Positions 9,614-19,833 of a DNA stretch of 64,000 bases are shown here, piece by piece. Origin of the DNA: Candidatus Aminicenantes bacterium (lineage in GTDB: Bacteria > Acidobacteriota > Aminicenantia > Aminicenantales > JAFGBC01); NCBI GenBank assembly GCA_963702005.1, contig OY969696.1, positions 3,328,001-3,392,000 on the forward strand, written 5' to 3'. Position numbers and translations under genes: made by a program. Under the pieces are notes generated by a model that saw only the letters and a program-made list of their open reading frames with translations, was not told the DNA's origin and made no database searches. The stretch's first letter is position 1. Every line of letters begins with the position of its first letter.

Positions 9614-10463
9614 ATGCCTTTGGTTCAAGAAACGGTTTGTCGAAGCCCTCTACGGAAAACTTCCCCCCCGGGACCGGAAAGCCCTTGAGGACCATCTTTC
9701 CTCGTGTCCGAAGTGCGCCGCCGAATACGAGGCCGCCGCCCGGACCTTGAAAATCATGGACCGGCACGAAGTTCCCGATCCCGGGCCGGAGTTCTGGGAC
9801 GGCTATTGGACGGGTTTTGAACGCCGCCTCGAGCGCGAGCGACGGGGCGGTCCGATTCCCGCCGCGGCGAAAACAGCCGGCCGAGGCTTTCTGAGCTTCG
9901 TCCCCAAGTGGGCTTGGACGGCGGCGTCGGCGGTCGTCCTTCTTGCCGCTGGGGCGGCCATCGGCCGCTTCTTCCTGGGCCGACCCGTCTCGACCGTCCC
10001 GAGGGCTTCCCAGGATAAGGGGGGCTTCGTATCCTATGCCTCCCACGACGCGCTGATCGACGGCGCCTCCCGCTACCTCGACCGGTCAAAGGTCCTTCTG
10101 ATCGCCCTCGTCAACCGGGACGCCGCCGACGACCCCGCCGCCCTGGACCTCGTCCGCCAAAAAAGAGTTTCGGACCAGCTGATCAAAGAAGCGGCTGTCC
10201 TGAAAAGAGGCCTGGAACAAAGCGCGGGGCCGGAGGACCGGCGGCTGGCCCGGCTGATCTCCGACCTGGAGGTCATCCTTCTCCAGATCGCCAACCTCGA
10301 ATCAAAGAGCGATTCATCGGCCGTCGACATCATCAAACTCGGCGTCCAGAATCAGGGGCTCATCTTCCAGATCAACCTCAGCCAAATGCGGCTGGACAAA
10401 ACCGCCGGCGCCGGGAGCCGGGGCGGCGGATCCGCCTTTCCCAAGGTCAAATCGGCCGTCTAA
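9606..10463 (+). CDS. Zinc-finger (zf-HC2) transmembrane anti-sigma factor
   Basis: Overlaps the sigma stop; HLSSCPKC (HxxxCxxC) motif; one TM segment (WAWTAASAVVLLAAGAAIG). Confidence 0.85.
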   Translation: MIKCLWFKKRFVEALYGKLPPRDRKALEDHLSSCPKCAAEYEAAARTLKIMDRHEVPDPGPEFWDGYWTGFERRLERERRGGPIPAAAKTAGRGFLSFVPKWAWTAASAVVLLAAGAAIGRFFLGRPVSTVPRASQDKGGFVSYASHDALIDGASRYLDRSKVLLIALVNRDAADDPAALDLVRQKRVSDQLIKEAAVLKRGLEQSAGPEDRRLARLISDLEVILLQIANLESKSDSSAVDIIKLGVQNQGLIFQINLSQMRLDKTAGAGSRGGGSAFPKVKSAV

Positions 10464-10487
10464 ATCATGAATAAACGGAGGTCATCC

Positions 10488-12110
10488 ATGTTTCGCAATG
10501 CCGTCAAGCATCTTTTCGGAATCGCCCTTCTGGCCGGACTCGGCCTGGGGCTGTCCGCGGCCGTCCGGCCCGTCCCCGGCCCGGCCCCGGCCGACATCCA
10601 GACCGACGACGCCAAGGCCTACCAGCAGGCCTACAATTTCATCCTGGCCGAGAAATGGACCGAGGCCGAGAAGGCCCTCGCCGACTTCCTCAAGGCCTAT
10701 CCCGAAAGCCGCTGGAACGACGATGCCCGTTATTGGCAGTGCTATCTCCTGGAAAAGAAGGGCGCCTCGCAGGAGGCCGCCTTCAAGTGCTACAAGTCGT
10801 TCATCGACGACAATCCTTCCAGCGAATGGGCGGACGACGCCCGGGCCAACCTGGTCCGGATCGGCCGCACCCTGGCCGCGGCCGGCCGCCACGAGTATGA
10901 GGCCGTCATCGAATCCATGCAGAAAGACGAGGACGAAGAGGTCGCCCTGGCCGCCCTCTACGCCCTGGCCGACCGGAACGACGAAAAGGCCCGGGAGACG
11001 ATCATCGGCCTTTACGACCAAAGCACGAGCCGGCGGGTCCGTTCCGAGATCGCCCGCATCCTGGCCGAGGATGAATCCTCCCAGGCCCTGGCCAAGCTCA
11101 AAGAAATCATCCTCAAGGAGCTCGACGAGGAGATCCGCCGCGACGCCGTTGAAGCGCTGGGGGACCGCCGGGATTCCTCGGATTTCCTCCGTCAGATCGC
11201 CGCTTCCCCACGAGACCGCGAAACCCAGGAAGCGGCCATTCGCGTCCTGGCCGATCAGAACGATCCTCAAGTCATTCCCATCATCAAGAAGCTGGCCACC
11301 GGCGCCGACCCCTCAGCGGAGACCCAGGTCGCGCTCGCCCAGGAGGCCGTCGAGGCTTTGGGCGAGATGAAGGGCCCGGACTCGCTGGAGGCCCTCTCCC
11401 AGATTTTCAAGGATGTCAAAACGACCGAAATCCGCGAGGCCGCCCTGGAGGGGCTGGCCGAGCGAAAGGACGGGCTGAGCCTGACCGCGCTGCGCGATCT
11501 GGCACTGGCCGACCCGGACGAAACGATCCGGAGCCGGGCCGTCGGCTTCATCGCCGAACGCAAGGGAGCGGAGGCCTTCGCCGCTCTTAAGGACATCTTC
11601 CAGAAAGCCAAGGAGGAAGACCTGCGCAGCTCCGCCCTGGACGCCATCGCCGAACTGGGCGGGGCGGGAGCCGTCGACTTCCTTCTCGACATCTCCATCA
11701 ACCAACCCGACGATAAGATCGCTCGCGAGGCCGTCTCCGCCCTGGGCGGCCTGGAGAAGGCGGACAAGGAAAAGCTCTACGTCGAGATCTACCGGAAAGC
11801 GAAATCGGCGGAGGCCAAGCGAGAAGCCATCTCCGACCTGATCGACGAAAAGAAGGAACAAGCCATCGACTTCATCCGCGGCCTCCTCAAGGACGAGCCG
11901 GATCCGGCTTTGCGCGAGACGGCCGTCGACGCCTTGGGCGAGATCAAGACCGACGCTTCGGTGGCCATCCTGCTGAACGTGGCCAAGAACGACAAAGACC
12001 TCTCGGTCCGGACGGCGGCCGTCGCCTCGCTGGGGGAGATCAAAACTCCCAAAGCCCGCGAGGCCCTGATGGAGATCCTCAGGAATAAAAACTCCGACGG
12101 CGCCCTCTGA
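10488..12110 (+). CDS. Secreted protein with a BamD/TPR-like N-terminus and HEAT repeats
   Basis: GGAGG RBS; signal peptide; FLKAYPESRWNDDARYW TPR-like segment; many D-x-x-IR-x-x-AV-x-ALG HEAT repeats. Confidence 0.85.
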   Translation: MFRNAVKHLFGIALLAGLGLGLSAAVRPVPGPAPADIQTDDAKAYQQAYNFILAEKWTEAEKALADFLKAYPESRWNDDARYWQCYLLEKKGASQEAAFKCYKSFIDDNPSSEWADDARANLVRIGRTLAAAGRHEYEAVIESMQKDEDEEVALAALYALADRNDEKARETIIGLYDQSTSRRVRSEIARILAEDESSQALAKLKEIILKELDEEIRRDAVEALGDRRDSSDFLRQIAASPRDRETQEAAIRVLADQNDPQVIPIIKKLATGADPSAETQVALAQEAVEALGEMKGPDSLEALSQIFKDVKTTEIREAALEGLAERKDGLSLTALRDLALADPDETIRSRAVGFIAERKGAEAFAALKDIFQKAKEEDLRSSALDAIAELGGAGAVDFLLDISINQPDDKIAREAVSALGGLEKADKEKLYVEIYRKAKSAEAKREAISDLIDEKKEQAIDFIRGLLKDEPDPALRETAVDALGEIKTDASVAILLNVAKNDKDLSVRTAAVASLGEIKTPKAREALMEILRNKNSDGAL

Positions 12111-12121
12111 GGGAGGGATCC

Positions 12122-13276
12122 GTGCTCCGTCGCTCCCTGTTTCCGATTCTGGGGGGCGTGCTCCTCACGGCGCTGGTGGCGGTCGAGGCCGCCCCCAGCG
12201 CCTCCCTTGTCCTGCGGCATCCTCGCCCGGAATCCCCGCTCCCGGAACGGATCGTTTGGGCCGTCGCTGAAGCCAAACGGCTTTCCCTCAAGGACGGATT
12301 CTGGATCGCCTACAGCTTCCGCCGGCTCATGGGCGCGCGCTCCTTCATCGGCCGTTTCGAAAGTTGGCCGCGGCGGGACCGGCCGACGCTTGAAGCGCTC
12401 ATCTCCCCCTCCCCGCCTCCGGCGAAGCCCGTCCCGGACGAAGAGGTTGTCAGGCGGGCGGCCGAGGAAGCCCTGGCCCGGTCCCGCCCGGGGCGGGGTC
12501 CCGAGAGGAAAATTTGGAAGGACCTGGGCGTTTTGATGAAATATCATTCTTCCGCTGACGGGGGTCCGGTCGAAGTCTCGCTCGGCAATCTCTCGCTTCG
12601 CTTCGACCTGGAGGGCCTTCCCTTGTTCTGGCTGGGCCCCGCCCGGGACGATGACAGCGTTTTATATCTTACCGGACTCTACGACCGGATGCCCAGCGCC
12701 GCGTTGAGAGGGGACGTCCTCGACGCGATCGGACTTCATGACAGTCCGGACTTGGTCGTTCCGTTCCTGGATAAGGTCCTCAACGGCCCGGGGCGGGACG
12801 CGTTGCGCGGGGAGGCGGCTTCCTATCTGGGCGAGCAGCGCGACGAGCGGGCCGTCGTCATCCTGAAAAGGGCGGCCCGGACCGACCCTTCGGCCGAGGT
12901 CCGCAGCCAGGCCTTATCGGGACTCGCGGAGTCGGAGATGGAATCGGCCGAGGACGTCGTCATCGATATCGCGCTCCACGCCGGGAATAGGCGTCTCCGC
13001 GAGGACGCCCTTTCAGCGCTTGCCGAAATCGCCTCCCGCAAGGCCGTGACGGCGCTGGACGAAGTCAGCCGCGACGACCCGGACAGTGAAGTCCAGGAGA
13101 GCGCCGTGGACGCCCTGTCCGAGCTTCCGGCGGACGAAGGGTTGCCGCTCATCATCTCGATCGCCAAGACCCATTCCAATCCCGCCGTCAGGAAGGCCGC
13201 CATTCGCGCGCTGGGCGAAAGCGGCGACATCCGGGCCCTGGAAACGCTGATTGTCCTCGTCAAAGGCCGGTCATAA
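12122..13276 (+). CDS. Secreted HEAT repeat protein
   Basis: GTG start after GGGAGGGA; signal peptide; C-terminal HEAT repeats (DPDSEVQESAVDALSEL, HSNPAVRKAAIRALGE). Confidence 0.8.
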   Translation: MLRRSLFPILGGVLLTALVAVEAAPSASLVLRHPRPESPLPERIVWAVAEAKRLSLKDGFWIAYSFRRLMGARSFIGRFESWPRRDRPTLEALISPSPPPAKPVPDEEVVRRAAEEALARSRPGRGPERKIWKDLGVLMKYHSSADGGPVEVSLGNLSLRFDLEGLPLFWLGPARDDDSVLYLTGLYDRMPSAALRGDVLDAIGLHDSPDLVVPFLDKVLNGPGRDALRGEAASYLGEQRDERAVVILKRAARTDPSAEVRSQALSGLAESEMESAEDVVIDIALHAGNRRLREDALSALAEIASRKAVTALDEVSRDDPDSEVQESAVDALSELPADEGLPLIISIAKTHSNPAVRKAAIRALGESGDIRALETLIVLVKGRS

Positions 13277-13277
13277 T

Positions 13278-14558
13278 CTAGAACACGCCATCATCCGGCG
13301 GAGACGGGGGGGATGAGCCGGGCTTGAAAAACCTCGGGACGTGCGGGTTGAGTCCGATCAGCCACCGATAGTCGGACAGGCCGGTCTTTTCGGCAAGCGC
13401 GTCCGCCGCGACGCCCGTTTCTTTCCTGTTGTCGATGAGGACAACTTCGTCTCCGATTCGAACCGACCGGTCGTCTCCGAGATCGACCATGATGTGGTTC
13501 GAGGTCACGGCGGGAAGGACGGGATAGGTCCTCTCCCCGATCAGGACGGCGCCCTTGCCGCCCGCCCCGGGCGGATATCCGTCCGAGTAGCCGATCCCGA
13601 CCGTGGCAACGCGCATCGGCCTTTCGGCTTTATAAACGCGGAGATAGGAGATCGTCTCGCCGACCGCCAGGTCGTTGATGAAGGTCACCCGGGCCGTCAG
13701 CCGCAGCGCGGGCCTCAGCCCGAGGGCGTCCTCTTTGCGCGTCCGGGCGTTGGGATAGTATCCATAGAGCGTGATGCCGGGCCTGATCATATCGAGACTG
13801 AACTCGGAGCCGGCGAAGAGGGCGGCGCTGCTGGCCGCATGCCGGAGACCGACGTCGATCCCCCGCTTCTCGGCCATCGCGCAGACGTCCAAAAATCGCC
13901 GGAGCTGCTCTCGGTCGAACTCGGGATCTTCCGTGAAAACCGTCGAGACGCCCTTGATCTTGACGTGGTCGAGGCGGGCGGTTTTTTCGACATAGGGAAA
14001 GGCCCTGTCCCAGGGGATTCCGAAGCGATTCATGCCGGTGTCGATATGGACATCGACCGAAGCGGTTCGGCCGGCTCGGGCCGCTTCTTCCTCGAGGAAG
14101 AGGACGTCGTCGGTCGAAACGGACTGGGTGATGCCGTTCCGGACGATCTCCGGCGCGTCGGCCGGGCCGATCGGGCCGAAGTTCAACACGGGACAGCGGA
14201 CGCCGTTTTCGCGGAGCCGGAGGGCTTCATCCAGCTTCCCGACCATCAAGGCCTCCGCTCCGCGGCGCTCGAGATAAGCCCCCACTTCGACGAGACCATG
14301 GCCATAGGCGTTGGCCTTCACCACGGCCATAATCGGAACATTCGCCTTACTCCTGACCCGGCCGAGGTTCCAGCCGATAAGTCCGAGGTCGACCTCGATC
14401 CGGGGATCCAGGCTTCCACGGCCGTAGGTCCGGCCGGGCTCAGGCGGAAATTCGGGGCTTCGGGAAGGGAGGGACCCGGCCCGTCGCGGTCCCCGCAGCG
14501 CCCAGGCCGATCCCAAGCCTCCCGTTCCCAGGGCCTCGAAGAACGCCCGCCTTTTCAT
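13278..14558 (-). CDS. alr: Alanine racemase-family enzyme with a twin-arginine signal peptide
   Basis: AVVKANAYGHG PLP-lysine motif, HIDTGMNRFG, IRPGITLYG and GYSDGY; N-terminus MKRRAFFEALG followed by a hydrophobic stretch. Confidence 0.88.
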   Translation of the reverse strand: MKRRAFFEALGTGGLGSAWALRGPRRAGSLPSRSPEFPPEPGRTYGRGSLDPRIEVDLGLIGWNLGRVRSKANVPIMAVVKANAYGHGLVEVGAYLERRGAEALMVGKLDEALRLRENGVRCPVLNFGPIGPADAPEIVRNGITQSVSTDDVLFLEEEAARAGRTASVDVHIDTGMNRFGIPWDRAFPYVEKTARLDHVKIKGVSTVFTEDPEFDREQLRRFLDVCAMAEKRGIDVGLRHAASSAALFAGSEFSLDMIRPGITLYGYYPNARTRKEDALGLRPALRLTARVTFINDLAVGETISYLRVYKAERPMRVATVGIGYSDGYPPGAGGKGAVLIGERTYPVLPAVTSNHIMVDLGDDRSVRIGDEVVLIDNRKETGVAADALAEKTGLSDYRWLIGLNPHVPRFFKPGSSPPSPPDDGVF

Positions 14559-14575
14559 GCGCTATATTCCTCTCG

Positions 14576-15100
14576 TCAGCGGGGCCGCTTGACGAGCCGG
14601 ATGTCGTCGATCCAGACCGTTCCCTTGCCCTGGATGGTCAGATAGAGATTGACCCGGTCCGGATTCTCGCCCTTGTTGAGGTTGAAGATGGCCTCGGCCG
14701 CTTTCCAGCCGGTCGTCCCGGTCACGGTCTTGTGGAGGCCGCGCGAGAAATATTCGCCCTTTCCCGGGAAACCGACCCACATCTCGAGGAAAGCTTGTCC
14801 TTCGAGTTTCTCGGCGCGGAGCTTGGCCTTGTAGACGAGGATGGCGTTCTCGACGTCGATATCGCCGATCTTATAGAGCTGGACGAATCCCGGGAGATCG
14901 GCCTTGATCCTGAGCGAACCCTTGCCGTCGCTCGAGGCGTTCCGGTCGAACTCGACCCCGTAGGGCGCGACGACGCCTTCAAGGCTGTCGGCGGGAAAGC
15001 GCATGAGCTCCTTTTCAAATAATCGAGGGAGGTCGGCGCAAAAGGCCAAGCAGACGATGGCGGTCAGCGTACCCCCCCATGCGGCCAAACGATTTCCCAT
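14576..15100 (-). CDS. Secreted hypothetical protein with a CBM-like beta-sandwich
   Basis: AAGGAGG RBS, then MGNRLAAWGGTLTAIVCLAFCA signal; SSDGKGSLRI...GTTGWK...GTVWIDDIRL motifs. The longer N-terminus in the ORF track is a shadow of the upstream gene. Confidence 0.7.
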   Translation of the reverse strand: MGNRLAAWGGTLTAIVCLAFCADLPRLFEKELMRFPADSLEGVVAPYGVEFDRNASSDGKGSLRIKADLPGFVQLYKIGDIDVENAILVYKAKLRAEKLEGQAFLEMWVGFPGKGEYFSRGLHKTVTGTTGWKAAEAIFNLNKGENPDRVNLYLTIQGKGTVWIDDIRLVKRPR

Positions 15101-15123
15101 GGCGAGCCTCCTTGGCGATCCGT

Positions 15124-15780
15124 TCATCTCACGAAGACTATGAGGAGAAGCAGAAACAGCGCCGTCGTCAAAGTCCCGGCCAGGATAGCCTTCCCCCAGC
15201 GGAGCGTTTGGACCGAAGCCAGGGCCCGCATGTTCAGCCACCAGAGCCAAACGGCCCCCAGGACGTGATAGCCGAGAAAAACCGCCTGCCAGGGCCCCGG
15301 CGCGGAGACGAGGTCCACAAACTCCCGCTGCCCCAGCCCTAAGAGCATGAGAACGGCGATAGCCGTCTCGAACAGCCAGACAAAGAGAAGCGGAATGCTC
15401 CAGGCAAGGGCCAGCGAAGCCGCCGTCGCCCGGAACGTCCCTTTTCCGCCCAGGACCCATCCTAAGGCCTTCGCCGCGGCCGAGACCAGGAGCCAGCCGA
15501 TGACGACGAGCGGCAGGATGAAGGCCATCTCCCAGAAATGATAGTTCTCGGGGGCGAGCGGGATGAAGAGGGGAACCATGGGCAGGGACCCGGCCAGGCC
15601 GAAACCGGCCGCCGTCAGGGCATACAAAACTCCGGTCAGGAGGACCATCCAAACCGTTTTCCGGAGCGGCTTGGGCTCAGCGCGCAGTTGCGGAAAGGTC
15701 CGCCCGGGACGGACGGCCGCGCCCAGGGCGTAGGAACCAGCGCCGGGGCATAGCTTTATATCGGTCTTCTTCTTTGTCAT
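15124..15780 (-). CDS. Yip1-like multi-pass membrane protein
   Basis: About 5 TM segments, ALGWVLGGKGTFRAT motif, and AVRPGRTFPQL at the N-terminus. Confidence 0.7.
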   Translation of the reverse strand: MTKKKTDIKLCPGAGSYALGAAVRPGRTFPQLRAEPKPLRKTVWMVLLTGVLYALTAAGFGLAGSLPMVPLFIPLAPENYHFWEMAFILPLVVIGWLLVSAAAKALGWVLGGKGTFRATAASLALAWSIPLLFVWLFETAIAVLMLLGLGQREFVDLVSAPGPWQAVFLGYHVLGAVWLWWLNMRALASVQTLRWGKAILAGTLTTALFLLLLIVFVR

Positions 15781-16532
15781 CAGTAGTCCGCCAGGCTCTT
15801 GGTGGAAAAATTGGGATCGCTGGTCAGGTTGACGCCGAAGCGCTTGAGGCCCGCCTCGTAAGCGACATTGACGGGGTGTTTGAGGGGCAGGTTCCAGATC
15901 GGGAAGGTCTCGAACTTGGCGTAGCCCGACGACAATCCGCGCTTCCAGTCGTGGTAGAGCTGGGACAGGCAGGTCGCGAGCTTGCCGCTGCCGGGTCCTG
16001 GTCCGGTGACGATGACCAGGGGCTTACGGCCGGGGATGTACTCGTTGGCGCCGTAGCCCTGGTCGGAGACGATCATATCGATGTCGGTCGGATATCCTTT
16101 GGTAAAGGCGTGCATGTAGACCTTGATGCCCCGGCGCTCGAGCTTGTTCTTGAAGATCGTGGCGGCCGGCTGGTCGTCGAAGCGGGTGATGACCACGCCC
16201 AGGACGTTCAGCCCCCACTCGGCGAGATCGTCGATCATCTTGAGGGCGTCGACGTCGTAGGTGATCCCGAAATCGGCCCGGACCTTGCGCCGCTCGATGT
16301 CGCCGGAGTAGATGCAGAGAAGAATATCGGCCTGGTCCCTGAGCTCGCGCAGGAGCAGCATCTTGACGTTGGGGTCGTAGCCGGGGAGGACGCGGGCCGC
16401 GTGGTGGTCGAACATGAGCTTCCCGCCGAACTCGAGGTAGAGCTTGTTGCCGAAGCGCCGGACGCGCTCGAGGATGGAGGCCGTCTGTTCCCGGAGGTAG
16501 CGCTCGTTGTCGAAACCGGGCCGGATCGTCAC
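15780..16532 (-). pseudogene. DUF1846-family protein with an apparent large in-frame internal deletion
   Basis: N-half motifs [28 protein letters not shown] and [25 protein letters not shown] are joined directly to the family's C-terminal tail [15 protein letters not shown]. It is only 250 aa, about half the length I recall for the family. Confidence 0.7.
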
Positions 16533-19500
16533 TTACCCCTCCCGGTCAGAAGCTTGAAATCCTCGATCAGGCCGTAGGGCCGCAGGTCGTATTCGGACCC
16601 GGACGGCCGCCCGCCCGGAGGCGATTTCTGGAAATTCGAGGGCCAAGCGCTGCCGACGGGCGGGCCGTTGTGGTGGGGTCCGAGCAGGTTCTTGAGAGTC
16701 CCACAGACGACGACCTCGACCTCATGAATGCCCGGCCCGAGCGCGGTCCCCAAGTCGAGCTCGTAGGGCGGGAATGCGATGAGGCCCGCCGGCTTGCCGT
16801 CCAATCGGACCTCAGCCAGGGCGCCCTGCCAGCGGCCGAGCTTGACCTTAAGACTCGCCTTATTTGCGCCGGATTCGGGAATCCGGAATGTTTTTGTATA
16901 CCTCACCCGATCCGAGTAGAACGGCCAGCCCTGGTCCGACCAAGCGCCCAGCCCGAGCGGCGCGGCGGGCTCGAGCCCGAACCCCTTGTCCCGGGGAACG
17001 GCCCGGAAAGGGCCCCGAAGGTAGACGGGCTCGAGTTCGCTATGGATGGTGAAAGGACGGGCCTTAAGGACCAGCCGGTTCTCGCCCTCCTTCAGGAACG
17101 GTCCGACCGCGAATACGCCGAAGGCCTTGTCCAGCCACCAGCGGTTTCTCTCGGGTTCGATGGCCCGGCCGTTGACGGAAACCCGGAAAAGTCCTGGCCG
17201 CTCGACGACGGCTTCAACCGACCTCAGGTCCGCCCCGCGGCCGGTCGTGAAACGGAATGTCGCTTCGAAACCCGAATCGGCCGGGAAACGGTCCAGGTCC
17301 AGGATGTTCGTCTTGTACTGGACGGCGCTGTCCCAGGGGTTTCGGTTCAGGCCGTTCCGGCGGAAGGTCCTGAGCTGGGCTTCGTAGAAATAGAGGTCCT
17401 TGTCGGTCTTGCCGTCGAGGGTCAGGTCGCAGAAATCGAGCGTCAGGGCATTGGGCTCTAGGGCCTCGACCTTGACCTCCCCTTCGGCCGCGAGCTCACT
17501 CCACTCGGGAGGCGTCTCGGGAGAAGCCGGCTTCGAGGCGGCTTCGTCAAGGACGCAGAGGAGAAGGCTTCCGGCCGGAGGAAGATCATAGCCGACCGTG
17601 AGGTTGTCGCCGTCCCGGGCCGCGGGCCGGGCGCTGACCGTTCCCGTAAACGGATCCCAGGCCTCCACGCTCCGGCCGTGCATGACAAAGGTCCCGGAGG
17701 CGCTTCGGTCCGGGCTCGTATTGGCCAGGAAGACGAGGCAGGCGTCCTTGAGATGGCGCCTCTGGTGGAAAAGGAGGCTTGAACCGTCGCGGTCCTGATT
17801 GAAGACGATGCCCTGGGGATTGAGCTTAGCGATCGACTCAGCGGCTCCGGCCGGAGAAGCGACGGTCCACTGCCGCTCGTAGCGGGAGGCGAGTTTCCCC
17901 ATCCGGTCCGAAGGCGTCCCGTCGACGAGGCCGGGAGGTTCGCCCAGGCAAAGGACTTGACCTCCCCGGTGTAGATAGTTGTCAAGGAGGTCGGCCGTCT
18001 CCGCGGCGAGGTTCTCCATACCGGCCGGAAGTACGACAAGCTCGTAGCGGCACTCGCCGATCGCCAGGGCTCCCCCACCGACCTCGGCGCGGCCTTTCAA
18101 GACGGCTTCGGCCCCCAGGTCGTATTCAACCTGGGCCGCCTCGAGGCCGAGGACCAAGTCCTGGAAGCTGCGGCCGAGCTCGTCGAGACGGGCCGAAGCT
18201 TTCTCCGGCGAATAGTACATCCAGGCCGTGGTTGTCGGTTCGAGGACCAGGACCCGGTTGACCTGCCGTCCCTTGACCATCGCGACCGAAAGCCGGCCGA
18301 AGTAGTCGGCCAGGAGGCTGTAGTCGGGCCACCAGGGCTCGTGGTAGGAAAAGGACAGCGGATGGTCGCGCTTGCGGGCGCCCATGATCGTCATGTAGGA
18401 AAGGTGCTGGGTGAGAAGGTTGACGCCCAGGGCGTATTCCCAATCGCCGATCCGTTTCTGATCGCAAAAGGTCAGGTCCCAGCCGCTCGCGCCGTAGGTC
18501 TCGGACAGGGTCCGCGCCCTGCCGAGCTGGTTGGCGATACTTCGGATTTCCCGGACGGCCCGGGCGTTCCCGAACTGGGCGTGAGGATCCGTCTGATAAT
18601 CGTTCATCAGGATGTCGACCCCGGGAACCTGGGCGTAAGCGGCGAGCGTCATACTATCGGGGACGGAGCGCGGGATCGGCCACTCGTGCTCCCAGTAATG
18701 GCCGGTCAGGGCGAGGTTGTTGGCCGTGCAGTAATCGTAGTAAGGAATCGCCCAGTTTTCGACGAACAGCTCGAGGAGGGTCTGGTAGAAATTGTGGCGG
18801 ACCCGCTTCCAGTCACCCCGCTCCTCAAACAGGGACGGCAGTCGGAGCCTGAGGTCGTAGCCCCAGCGGGATTCGAACCGGTCGAACAGGGCCGGCGTAT
18901 AGTTGACGACGTCCTCCCCCCCGGCCGGAGAGATCTCGGCTTCGTCCTGGAAGGTGCCCGGTACGACGCCGCCGAACTCGGCGCCGAAGGCGCGCTTGTA
19001 GGCGTTGAGGGTCACATCGAGGAAGGTCTCGGTGATGTTTCGTCTCATCAGGTCGACATAAGTGAATCCCCCGTACCAGGGACTCGGCTTCTGGGGATCG
19101 AGGTCGAAGACGAAATACTCTCCGGGACCGAGGTCCTCCCGGCCCGCCCGATTCGTCACGTCCTCGAAGCCGGCTCCCGAGGCGCGCAGAATGAGAAGGG
19201 GCGGAGTCGGGAACGGCGCGGGGAGCGCCGCGTAGCGCTTCATCCGGAGGCCGGTCCGGACGGCATCCGGGATCCGGGCCGGGACGTGACCTCCGGCGAA
19301 CCCCGACGGATAGGAGTTTTCGTCGTAGATCCAGACTTTTATCCCCAACGCCTTTCCCCTCTCGACGGCGTGGCGGAAGAGGCCGAGCCATTCCTCGGTC
19401 AGGTAGGGCGTGATCAATCCCGGCCGGGGATGCACGAAGACGCCGCCGATCCCCTTGGCCTTGAAGTCGGCCAGCTCGTCGTCGATGGCCGCATCGGTCA

Positions 19501-19672
19501 CCCGGTCGTTCCAGACCCAGAGCGGCGCGCTCCGGAATTCGGCCGGCGGATCCTGGAAAGCGGCCAGGACCTCGGCGCGGGCGTCCCGCGATAGGGGCCC
19601 GCGCGCACAGCCGACCGATCCGGCCGAGATCAGGGCGAGAAGGAAGAGCTTCAAGAGCGGGCTTAGCTTCAA
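16529..19672 (-). CDS. GH106-like (alpha-L-rhamnosidase-type) glycoside hydrolase, probable lipoprotein
   Basis: [38 protein letters not shown] and [10 protein letters not shown] motifs; TTG start after AGGAGGA; SVGC lipobox. Confidence 0.8.
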   Translation of the reverse strand: MKLSPLLKLFLLALISAGSVGCARGPLSRDARAEVLAAFQDPPAEFRSAPLWVWNDRVTDAAIDDELADFKAKGIGGVFVHPRPGLITPYLTEEWLGLFRHAVERGKALGIKVWIYDENSYPSGFAGGHVPARIPDAVRTGLRMKRYAALPAPFPTPPLLILRASGAGFEDVTNRAGREDLGPGEYFVFDLDPQKPSPWYGGFTYVDLMRRNITETFLDVTLNAYKRAFGAEFGGVVPGTFQDEAEISPAGGEDVVNYTPALFDRFESRWGYDLRLRLPSLFEERGDWKRVRHNFYQTLLELFVENWAIPYYDYCTANNLALTGHYWEHEWPIPRSVPDSMTLAAYAQVPGVDILMNDYQTDPHAQFGNARAVREIRSIANQLGRARTLSETYGASGWDLTFCDQKRIGDWEYALGVNLLTQHLSYMTIMGARKRDHPLSFSYHEPWWPDYSLLADYFGRLSVAMVKGRQVNRVLVLEPTTTAWMYYSPEKASARLDELGRSFQDLVLGLEAAQVEYDLGAEAVLKGRAEVGGGALAIGECRYELVVLPAGMENLAAETADLLDNYLHRGGQVLCLGEPPGLVDGTPSDRMGKLASRYERQWTVASPAGAAESIAKLNPQGIVFNQDRDGSSLLFHQRRHLKDACLVFLANTSPDRSASGTFVMHGRSVEAWDPFTGTVSARPAARDGDNLTVGYDLPPAGSLLLCVLDEAASKPASPETPPEWSELAAEGEVKVEALEPNALTLDFCDLTLDGKTDKDLYFYEAQLRTFRRNGLNRNPWDSAVQYKTNILDLDRFPADSGFEATFRFTTGRGADLRSVEAVVERPGLFRVSVNGRAIEPERNRWWLDKAFGVFAVGPFLKEGENRLVLKARPFTIHSELEPVYLRGPFRAVPRDKGFGLEPAAPLGLGAWSDQGWPFYSDRVRYTKTFRIPESGANKASLKVKLGRWQGALAEVRLDGKPAGLIAFPPYELDLGTALGPGIHEVEVVVCGTLKNLLGPHHNGPPVGSAWPSNFQKSPPGGRPSGSEYDLRPYGLIEDFKLLTGRGK

Positions 19673-19833
19673 CGGAGTCCTCCTATTACTAGAACTAGAA
19701 AAGGATGGGAGCCGGGATCGAGTTGAGTAGCTATGGCTGGGGGCATCACGGCCGGAAGAATGTTAAAAGACCTCCTCTTAAAAGTCAAGGCATGGCGACA
19801 GCCGGGGAGATCCCGGCGCGACTGAAGCGACCC

